DNA of 64,000 nucleotides from Burkholderiaceae bacterium (GTDB lineage Bacteria; Pseudomonadota; Gammaproteobacteria; Burkholderiales; Burkholderiaceae_B): NCBI GenBank assembly GCA_034680345.1, contig JAXISZ010000008.1, positions 5,363 to 69,362 of the forward strand, read 5' to 3'. Shown piece by piece: positions 56,427 to 64,000 of this stretch (position 1 is its first letter; each line of letters starts with the position of its first letter). The notes under the pieces were generated by a model. It saw only the letters and a program-made list of their open reading frames with translations, ran no database searches and was not told where the DNA came from. The position numbers and the translations under genes were made by a program.

Positions 56427-58034
56427 TTGATTGAAATGAAGCAAGTAAAACAACTCCAGGAAACACCAGAAATTTCAGAAACACTAGAAGCAAAAGAAAC
56501 GCGAGAAAATTTATCAACAAATAGCCAAGAAAACGGCCGGGAACGGCGTTATTTTTGGTGGATATTTGGCTGGTTTTTGGGGTTAAAATTTTGGTTAGCT
56601 GCTGCTTTTCCATTCACGGGAGACGAAGCATTTTTCTATCAGTGGGGTGTTTTTCCTGACTGGGGTTATTATGACCATCCTCCAATGGTTGGTTGGATGC
56701 TGGCTGGTTTGCGTTTAATCTCGGATCATCCTTTGGCTTTGCGTTTAGTTACCGTTTTTTTGTGGCATTTGATTGCCTTGGGCTTGGTTGATTTATTGTT
56801 TCGGTATTTGCCGCAGGAAAAAAAGAGTCAAGCTTATGGTGTGGGGGTATTATTTTTAGCTCTACCTTTTACTTGGGCTTTAAATCTTGTAACAACAGAT
56901 ACGCCGCTGATTTTATTCATATTTACTTCAGCTTATTGTTTTATTCGGTCGCAGTTCAGCGTCCGTTGGATGTTGTGGTCCTTGGGGACTGGTATTTTTT
57001 TAGGTTTGGCCTTGTTGTCCAAATATTTTGCTGGTTTCTTGGCGGTTGCTTATGTGGCAGCCTCTTGCCGTACACAGCTAACAAGAAAGCAAGCTGTGTT
57101 GCAAGTGGTTGTTATTGCTGTGAGTGCTTCGCCTTTCTTTTTAATTAATTTGGCTTATAACGCAACGCATTGTTGGAACAATGTGATGTTTAATTTAGTG
57201 AATCGACATGAGGGTTCTCAAACATCTTTAGCAACGGTCTTTCTATATTTGTCGATGTTATTGTATTTGGTTACGCCCTGGGTGGCTTGGCATTTTTGGC
57301 GTCAGCGCTTAAAAAATCTATCTTGGGGGTTAGTGGCTTTATTTGTTGTGCCTTTTGTTCTTTTTTTGTGTTTTTCAGTAAGAAAGACCATAGGTTTACA
57401 TTGGGTTTTGGGGTTTATGCCCTTTGTTTTTTTGGCCTATGGTTTACAGGCAAGTGCTGCGCAAATTAAACGTGATCTACGTTGGACACTAATACTCAGT
57501 GTGCCGCATTTTTTAGCTTTGGTGGCATTGATTGCATTGCCTGCTTCAGTTTGGTCAGGCACACGTTTGCACGCTGATGTGGTGTTTCATCGAGAAACAG
57601 GGAAGGTGGTTGCACAATTAAAAAAAAGTTTGCCTGAGAACGCTGTTTTGGCTGCTTTTTCTTATACGCCAGCTGCTTTATTGGCTTTTCATGCGGGGCA
57701 TTATGTTCCGGTTTTGGGGGTTGGCAAATACCATGCGCGTCAAGACGACATATTGGTCGACTTTAGAGTGTTTGATGGCCGAGCTGTACGGGTGTTTGAT
57801 CGTCGTCCAATTGCTTTGGAGAAAATTCAAAATTGGTTTGAATCGGTTCGTGTTGGGCAATTTGTGGTTGATGAGGTTACATTTTATTTTGTTGACGGCT
57901 TTGGTTTTAAATACGAAAATTTTCGAGCAGAGGTTTTGCAAAAGATTTTTGATCAATATTATCAACTGCCTTCTTGGTTGCCATCTTTAGAATGCCAGTT
58001 CACCCAGCGCTATGGTTTTTTTGATGGTAACTAA
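56427..58034 (+). CDS. GT-C fold glycosyltransferase (family 39 / ArnT-PMT-like)
   Basis: It has GDEAFFYQWG...YYDHPPMVGW in the first periplasmic loop and many TM helices. The likely start is the ATG at 56436. Confidence 0.65.
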   Translation: MIEMKQVKQLQETPEISETLEAKETRENLSTNSQENGRERRYFWWIFGWFLGLKFWLAAAFPFTGDEAFFYQWGVFPDWGYYDHPPMVGWMLAGLRLISDHPLALRLVTVFLWHLIALGLVDLLFRYLPQEKKSQAYGVGVLFLALPFTWALNLVTTDTPLILFIFTSAYCFIRSQFSVRWMLWSLGTGIFLGLALLSKYFAGFLAVAYVAASCRTQLTRKQAVLQVVVIAVSASPFFLINLAYNATHCWNNVMFNLVNRHEGSQTSLATVFLYLSMLLYLVTPWVAWHFWRQRLKNLSWGLVALFVVPFVLFLCFSVRKTIGLHWVLGFMPFVFLAYGLQASAAQIKRDLRWTLILSVPHFLALVALIALPASVWSGTRLHADVVFHRETGKVVAQLKKSLPENAVLAAFSYTPAALLAFHAGHYVPVLGVGKYHARQDDILVDFRVFDGRAVRVFDRRPIALEKIQNWFESVRVGQFVVDEVTFYFVDGFGFKYENFRAEVLQKIFDQYYQLPSWLPSLECQFTQRYGFFDGN

Positions 58035-58123
58035 CTGGTTTTGTTGTAATAAAATTTAATGCGCCGAGATGTTCTGTTAGCTGCTGTCGTGTGCAATTAT
58101 TCGATTATGGTTATTTGTTAATG

Positions 58124-58765
58124 TTATCTGAATTTTTTAAGTAGCTCTGGATTCGTTACTTGAAGATCAAACCCCTGTTTGCAGCGTTCCTGGAAGTGCG
58201 TTTTGTCATGTGGGTTGGTTGCTTTAGTGTCTTTATGGGGGTCTATTTCTATTAGTACAGCGTTGGGTTGGTAGATTAGTTGGTTTTGGTGTTCTGCAAT
58301 TAAGGTCAGTTCGGTGTCGGCATAATGGCTTTGGTAACTGGGGTGAAATAAATTGCCGTTGTAAATAGACAAAACCCATTGGCGCTGAACCATGCCAAAA
58401 GAAGCGAGTTGACCGAACCATTTGCCATCATTAAACGCTAGCAGCCCTTTTTGATTTTTTTGCAATGTGTTTAGTGCTATTTTAAGCCAGTAGCGGCCTG
58501 GGAATGCGTCTTGAGCTAAGTAAACAAAAAAAGGGGCAAGGCTTTTTTTAAAAACGGTATTTGCGATGCGAATAAATCCCCAGTTGGCATTGTCATGCAC
58601 GCAGATGATTTGACCAGATTCTTCGGCTCTTTTTGATAGAATAGCAACAGTATCCAGCATTTTTTTTTTGTCTATGTATGGCAGGACAATATCAATATTG
58701 CTTAGCTTTTTTGGTAATTCGTTGTGTGCTAGTTCAGCGCTTGTGGTGTTGAAAAAATTTAACAT
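58124..58765 (-). CDS. hypothetical protein, possibly GT-A-like
   Basis: The 213-aa ORF is on the opposite strand within the glycan locus. IDIVLPYIDKK and AQDAF are only loosely GT-A-like. Confidence 0.3.
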   Translation of the reverse strand: MLNFFNTTSAELAHNELPKKLSNIDIVLPYIDKKKMLDTVAILSKRAEESGQIICVHDNANWGFIRIANTVFKKSLAPFFVYLAQDAFPGRYWLKIALNTLQKNQKGLLAFNDGKWFGQLASFGMVQRQWVLSIYNGNLFHPSYQSHYADTELTLIAEHQNQLIYQPNAVLIEIDPHKDTKATNPHDKTHFQERCKQGFDLQVTNPELLKKFR

Positions 58766-58964
58766 TTTATATGTTTTGAGTTGGTTTTATTTTCATTGTA
58801 CTGGATACTTGTTGTTTCGGATTTTACTTTTTTTGCATAGCTAGATTAATCGTTTAAATAGGTGGCCTTAGGAAAAAGAAAATATGGTTGATAAAACGGC
58901 TAAACTAAAAATAACTGAAGCGACTCAACTTTTTTGGCTAATTGCCGTTGTGTCGGGTTTATAA

Positions 58965-60083
58965 ATGGTGAATTGGTTTATTGATATTTGCCACCTTGGT
59001 TATTGGTGGGTGATTGCTGGTTTTTTATTCAGTGCTTTAGGCGCTTGGTTATTGATTTATTCACAAAATTGGCACGGGCGTTTGTCTATGGACTTTAAAT
59101 TAGATGCGGTGCAGAAATCGCATTTGAAGCCGGTGCCTCGTGTTGGCGGTGTTGCTATCTTTTTTGCTTGTTTGGTTGTAGGTTTTTTATTTATAAGCTT
59201 TTCTAGTTGTTTGTTGTTTGAGAATTCTTTTATTTTAATTTCTGCCTGTGGGGCGCCGGCGTTTGCTGTTGGGTTGTGGGAAGATTTAACAAAAAAGGTT
59301 TCTGTTTTTAACCGTTTGTTGGCTACTTTTATATCAGCTGCTCTGGCGGCATGGCTTATGGGCGCAGTGCTACCGCGCTTAAATATTCCTGTTTTGGATG
59401 CTTGGATGCTATACCCTGCGTTTGCTGTTTGTACGACTGTTTTTGCGGTGGCTGGAGTCTCAAACGCTGTCAATATTATAGATGGTTTTAATGGTTTAGC
59501 CTCTGGTGTAGTGGTTATTTTGGGCCTTGGTTTTGCGGGTTTGGCTGCTTATTATCAGGACGTAATGATTTTTTTATTGTCTCTTTTTTTGTCGGCAGTT
59601 ACTCTTGGGTTTATGTTGTATAATTTTCCAAAAGGTAAAATTTTTTTAGGTGACGGTGGGGCTTACTTTTTAGGTTTTTACTTGGCGCAGTTGGCTGTTT
59701 TAACCACGGTTCGGCATCACCAGTTGTCAGCTTGGACTATATTAACGATATTGAGTTATCCAGTTGTGGAAGTAATTTTCAGTATTGTTCGTCGAAAAGT
59801 TAATCGAATGTCTCCTGGATTGCCAGATCGCGGGCACCTTCATCAGTTAATACAATCGTTCCTACAACAATTAATAAAGCAACGCAAAACAGTAACAGTC
59901 AAAGAAAGCTCAATGCCCTTTGTTAACTCTCAAGTTAGTCCTGTTGTCTGGGCAATTGCTCTTTTTAATATTTTATTGGCTTTTCTTTGTATGGCTGATC
60001 ATGTTTTGGCTTTTTTTGGTTTCATCGCCACTGTACTTATTTATTTGTTGGTATACGCTTATTTGTCAACCAGAAACTGTTAA
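58965..60083 (+). CDS. polyprenyl-phosphate sugar-1-phosphate transferase (MraY/WecA family)
   Basis: It has NAVNIIDGFNGLASG and LGDGGAYFLGF motifs and ~10 TM helices. Confidence 0.75.
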   Translation: MVNWFIDICHLGYWWVIAGFLFSALGAWLLIYSQNWHGRLSMDFKLDAVQKSHLKPVPRVGGVAIFFACLVVGFLFISFSSCLLFENSFILISACGAPAFAVGLWEDLTKKVSVFNRLLATFISAALAAWLMGAVLPRLNIPVLDAWMLYPAFAVCTTVFAVAGVSNAVNIIDGFNGLASGVVVILGLGFAGLAAYYQDVMIFLLSLFLSAVTLGFMLYNFPKGKIFLGDGGAYFLGFYLAQLAVLTTVRHHQLSAWTILTILSYPVVEVIFSIVRRKVNRMSPGLPDRGHLHQLIQSFLQQLIKQRKTVTVKESSMPFVNSQVSPVVWAIALFNILLAFLCMADHVLAFFGFIATVLIYLLVYAYLSTRNC

Positions 60084-60137
60084 TTTATATCACCTATTTT
60101 ATGTGTTTTTTTGAACTTATGATCAATAAAAAAATGA

Positions 60138-61313
60138 ATGACAAAAATGCAAACCAGTTCATTTGAAGACGTTTCTCACAATTTTGAAGACGAAATTAGT
60201 TTTCTTGACATTTTGATTACGCTGGGTGAGGCAAAAAAAACCATCACTTTTTTCGTGGGTGCAGCAGCATTTATAGCGATGCTCGTCAATTTTTTGATCA
60301 CACCGATATATACGGCTAGAACGGTTGTATTGCTACCGCCGCAACAGCACAGTATTGCTACAGCGTTTGCAAATTTAGGGGGAATGGCAGCAATTGGTGG
60401 TACGATTGGCGTTAAAACCCCAGAAGAGATGTATGTTGCTTTTTTTAAAAGTGCGCGAGTCGCAGATGTTTTGATTGATCGTTTTGATTTAAAAAAACAC
60501 TTTAAGGTGAGTACACAGTCTAAAGCTCGAAATGCGCTTTCCAATATTACTAAGGTAACTGCAGATAAAAAAAGCGGTTTAATTACGTTGGAGATTAATC
60601 ATGCAGACCCACTTATATCGGCTGAATTAGCCAATGCTTATGTATCTGCTATGCAGAATCTTCTTAGTACTTTGGCTGTGACGGAGGCTCAGCAGCGCAG
60701 ATTATTCTTAGAAGGTCGTTTGGCTTTAGTTAAAAGTCAGTTAATAGCCGCTGAGGTTGCTTTGCGTGAAATGCAAAGTAAGTCTGGTTTGTTGAGTATT
60801 GATTCAATTACTCAGGGTGCGATGCGATCGGCAGTTGATTTGCGAGCGCAAATCGCACAAAGAGAAGTGCAGTTGGGAGTCTTGCGTTCTTTTGCAACCC
60901 TTGAAAATGCTGATGTTTTGCGTTTGTCTGCGGAGTTAGCGGGTTTGCGTGAACAGTTGTCTAAACTAGAGCAGGGGCAGCAGGGTTTGTCATCTTCAAC
61001 AGGTAAGGGGTTAGAGGCTGTTCGCGCTTATCGCGAGTTAAAATATCAAGAAGCGGTTATGGATGCTTTGGTGCGCCAATATGAAATTACCAAAGTTGAC
61101 GAAGCGCGCGAGGGTCCCTTGTTGCAGCAAGTTGATATTGCGGTCCCACCTGAGCAACCAAGTTATCCAAATCAGAGTTTGGTTTTTATTTTCTTAACCA
61201 CAGTAGGTGCTTTACTTGGCATTTTGTTTTTTTTGGTGCGGCGTTATATCTCCATGGGTAGGAATAATAATCAAAAAATACAAGCGTTTAAGCGAGCCTG
61301 GGCTTGGCGCTAA
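60138..61313 (+). CDS. Wzz-like polysaccharide chain-length determinant protein
   Basis: It has the N-terminal Wzz motif region EISFLDILITL followed by a TM helix, a long periplasmic coiled coil and a C-terminal TM helix. Confidence 0.7.
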   Translation: MTKMQTSSFEDVSHNFEDEISFLDILITLGEAKKTITFFVGAAAFIAMLVNFLITPIYTARTVVLLPPQQHSIATAFANLGGMAAIGGTIGVKTPEEMYVAFFKSARVADVLIDRFDLKKHFKVSTQSKARNALSNITKVTADKKSGLITLEINHADPLISAELANAYVSAMQNLLSTLAVTEAQQRRLFLEGRLALVKSQLIAAEVALREMQSKSGLLSIDSITQGAMRSAVDLRAQIAQREVQLGVLRSFATLENADVLRLSAELAGLREQLSKLEQGQQGLSSSTGKGLEAVRAYRELKYQEAVMDALVRQYEITKVDEAREGPLLQQVDIAVPPEQPSYPNQSLVFIFLTTVGALLGILFFLVRRYISMGRNNNQKIQAFKRAWAWR

Positions 61314-61337
61314 AATATTTTGGAAGGTTAGTAACGT

Positions 61338-63620
61338 ATGCAGACTGTAATTATTTTCTTTGTTTTTTTGAGTGCTTTATTTGGTTCTTCTGCTTTTGCA
61401 CAGTCGGCAGATGCGGCCTCGCCGTTAAGCGATATGAAAGTTTTACCACTGCCCACAGTTGGCGGTGGTGGTTTTCCCAATCAGGGTGGAGAGTTACCGC
61501 AGAATGTAGAAATCACCAATTTATCTCCAGAGGAAGCCGAGAAGGTAAAAAATTCTCCAATACAAAAAACAAACGATGCCAACCGTGTAGGGCGTTTTAG
61601 GCCGCTTAAGAAAGCGCCTTCTGTATTTGAACTGTTTGTGCATGCATCAACTGGACAGGTTGTTAAACCTTATGGTTTTGAGTTGTTCGATGGGCGTGAT
61701 TTTGGTCCTGTTAATTCTGCAGCAGTTGCTGGAGATTATGTGTTGGCTCCTGGTGATGAAATTTTGATTTATACATGGGGTGGTGTTGATATTAATTACA
61801 AAGCCGTGGTTGATCGCGGTGGTCACATTCAAATTCCACGCGTAGGCTCATTTAATATAGCTGGTGTGAGGGTTGCAGATTTAGAAACTAAACTCAAAAG
61901 CCATGTGTCGCGCTATTTTACAAACTTTAATTTAACAGCCAATGTAAGTCGTGTTCATGGCGTTCAGGTGTATGTGGCTGGGCAAGCTGTAAATCCGGGT
62001 ATGTATAGTTTGCCAGGAACTTCAACTTTATTGTCCGCTATATTTGAAGTGGCTGAGCCTGGTGTGAATGGTTCTTATCGACAAATTCATTTGAAACGCG
62101 ATAATAAAATTATTGCCACCTTAGACCTATATAATTTTATTTTAATGGGCGAAAAAATTCACGATATCCGTTTGCTCTCTGGTGATGTGATTGTGGTGGC
62201 TTCAGCAGGGCCGCGTGTGGCCGTATTGGGGGCGGTAGATAAACCGGCCATCTACGAGCTAAAGCCTGAGGGGGAGAATTTGGATGCTGTTTTACAGCGC
62301 GCCGGTGTTGACCGTGCCACAACTGATTTAAGTCGTGTACTGATTGAGCGAATCAATCCAGCTTCGCCAAAGGCACCACGCAGTGTATTAGACATTGTGG
62401 TCCGTGATTTTGCGAATACCATGACTTTGGTTGATGCTGACATTTTGACAGTCAAGCCAGTGAAGCCTATTTTTTCTAACGATGTTACCCTGCGTGGTAA
62501 TGTTGTTTACCCGGTTCGCTACCCTTATACTTTTGGTATGCGTGTAACAGACCTTATCCCTGATCGTAGTTATTTAATTTCAGCAGATTATTATCAACGT
62601 AGAATTGCCTTGGTTCGAGCTGAAGAGGGTACAAGGTTAAATGAAGTCCGTAATTTGGTGGATGAGATTAACTGGGATTATGCTGTTGTTGAGCGTTTAG
62701 ACCCCAATCAAATAAAACCTTTGTTATTACCTTTTAATTTGGGTAAAGCATTATCAGACCCTAGTGGTGCTGACAATTTGAAATTACAGCCTGGTGATGT
62801 GATTACTATTTTTTCAGTAAAAGATCTTGCCGTACCAAAATACAAGCGCAGTGCGTTTGTTAAGGTTGCTGGTGAGGTAAAAGTACCTGGTGTTTATTCG
62901 GTAGAGCCTGGCGAGACTTTGCGTGATATTTTGCGTAAAGCCGGAGGATTTACTCCTGAGGCGTATTTGTTTGGAAGTGAGTTGCGACGAGAATCAACGC
63001 GTTTAGAACAAGAAAAGCGCTATGATCAAATGTTGGCACAGTTAGAGCAAGAGATGATTCGTTCATCAGCAGTCGCAACAGGCAGTGCGTTGAATGCAGA
63101 AGACATACAGGCAAAACGTGGTCAATTAGAAGCGCAAAAGCGTTTGTTTGAACGTATGCGAACAACCCGTCCAACAGGTCGAATTGTTCTATCTATGGCT
63201 GAGGGGGCAAGTACTTTGGGTGATTTCCCTAATATTTCTATTGAAGATAAAGATGTCATTGAAATTCCATCTCGTCCTGTTACGGTTAGTGTTTTTGGGT
63301 CGGTTTTTGGGCAGGGGGCTTTTTTGTTTGAAAATGGCGATACTTTGAACACAGCTTTGTTGCGCTCAGGGGGAGCAACTCGTTTTGCTGATGTAGATAG
63401 TGTTTTTGTGATTCGCGCAAGCGGAGAGATTCTCTCAGCGCGCCAGCAGGGTTTGAATATTTTTAGTTCATTTTTGAACAAATCTGTTATGCCAGGTGAC
63501 ACTTTGGTGGTTCCTGAAAATTATGAGCGGGTTTCTGGGCTGAGATTTTTTAAAGATATCGCTTTTGTTTTTGGGCAGTTCGGTATTGGTGCAGCAGCAA
63601 TACGTTCACTAACGCGTTAA
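61338..63620 (+). CDS. polysaccharide export protein (Poly_export + SLBB repeats)
   Basis: It has a signal peptide, YVLAPGDEILIYTWGGVD...IQIPRVGSFNIAGVRVADLE, and repeated PGDVI/PGDTL SLBB-like units. Confidence 0.75.
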   Translation: MQTVIIFFVFLSALFGSSAFAQSADAASPLSDMKVLPLPTVGGGGFPNQGGELPQNVEITNLSPEEAEKVKNSPIQKTNDANRVGRFRPLKKAPSVFELFVHASTGQVVKPYGFELFDGRDFGPVNSAAVAGDYVLAPGDEILIYTWGGVDINYKAVVDRGGHIQIPRVGSFNIAGVRVADLETKLKSHVSRYFTNFNLTANVSRVHGVQVYVAGQAVNPGMYSLPGTSTLLSAIFEVAEPGVNGSYRQIHLKRDNKIIATLDLYNFILMGEKIHDIRLLSGDVIVVASAGPRVAVLGAVDKPAIYELKPEGENLDAVLQRAGVDRATTDLSRVLIERINPASPKAPRSVLDIVVRDFANTMTLVDADILTVKPVKPIFSNDVTLRGNVVYPVRYPYTFGMRVTDLIPDRSYLISADYYQRRIALVRAEEGTRLNEVRNLVDEINWDYAVVERLDPNQIKPLLLPFNLGKALSDPSGADNLKLQPGDVITIFSVKDLAVPKYKRSAFVKVAGEVKVPGVYSVEPGETLRDILRKAGGFTPEAYLFGSELRRESTRLEQEKRYDQMLAQLEQEMIRSSAVATGSALNAEDIQAKRGQLEAQKRLFERMRTTRPTGRIVLSMAEGASTLGDFPNISIEDKDVIEIPSRPVTVSVFGSVFGQGAFLFENGDTLNTALLRSGGATRFADVDSVFVIRASGEILSARQQGLNIFSSFLNKSVMPGDTLVVPENYERVSGLRFFKDIAFVFGQFGIGAAAIRSLTR

Positions 63621-63672
63621 TCTTGGTTTTTGAGATTTGATTTTTTTAATCAATCCATTGAGGAGAATTTAC

Positions 63673-64000
63673 ATGAGTTTGTTTCTAAAAAAGTTGTGTT
63701 TAGGGTTGGTTTTGTTTGGTTTTTCTGCATTGTCTAGTGCGCAATTGAATTTAAGTACTGACTTAAGTTCTGCTCCTTCTTTAGGAGAGACAACCGCTGG
63801 CGCAAGCTCAGGCTCTGGTGTTGGTTCTGGTGTGTCGGGGGCTGCCGGTGCTTCAGGTGGTACTGCTACTGGTATTGGTGTCAGTGGTTCAGCAGTTACC
63901 ACAGGTACAGCAGGAGCAGCAGGAGCGGTGGGTGCAACAGCTGCAGCCGTTGGGGCTGGTATAACAGCTACTACTGTGGCTATAGGTGCAGCAGTGGTGG
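63673..64000 (+). CDS. secreted Gly/Ala/Ser/Thr-rich low-complexity protein (3' end outside window)
   Basis: GAGGAGA lies 6-7 nt before the ATG at 63673. The signal peptide is MSLFLKKLCLGLVLFGFSALSSA, and the frame is open to the window end. It is not in the ORF track because it is unterminated. Confidence 0.55.
   Translation, partial: MSLFLKKLCLGLVLFGFSALSSAQLNLSTDLSSAPSLGETTAGASSGSGVGSGVSGAAGASGGTATGIGVSGSAVTTGTAGAAGAVGATAAAVGAGITATTVAIGAAVV

Noticed and set aside
63669-63902. The 77-aa minus-strand Pro/Ala-rich ORF.
   Set aside because: It is the mirror image of the plus-strand Gly/Ala/Thr-rich ORF, which has an SD and a signal peptide.

Overview
This is a chromosomal window from a low-GC, betaproteobacterium-like genome. 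The gene order (proB-rppH-proS, ftsYEX, hslVU, argB, a PhaM-like gene, glmU-glmS) looks Burkholderiales-like, but that taxonomic call is inference. Most of the window is tightly packed housekeeping DNA: aminoacyl-tRNA ligases, purB, ftsYEX, M16 peptidases, coaD, ttcA, ilvA, dsbA, hslVU, argB, glmUS. Four things stand out. (1) A ~13.5 kb integrated element (40947-54499) sits exactly in the 3' end of glmS and is bracketed by an imperfect direct repeat that duplicates the last glmS codons. It carries a family-B DNA polymerase with primer-independent (piPolB/pipolin-type) motifs and an overlapping tyrosine plus large serine recombinase pair. It also holds decayed recombinase remnants, a nested very AT-rich module with an HUH-Rep-like gene, and a cargo of two J-domain proteins with a DUF2167/membrane operon. 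(2) A eukaryote-like islet between proS and purB holds an F-box-like protein and a 718-aa ankyrin-repeat protein. Long poly-G tracts lie inside the 5' coding regions of the F-box gene and of the divergent lytic transglycosylase gene. (3) There is an orphan vgrG, and a cytochrome bd-like/cytochrome c fusion operon with an unannotated 41-aa ORF. (4) rlpA is interrupted by an in-frame stop codon. The right end of the window is a surface-glycan/EPS export locus. I found no rRNA, tRNA or CRISPR array by eye. All composition statements are visual estimates, not computed values.
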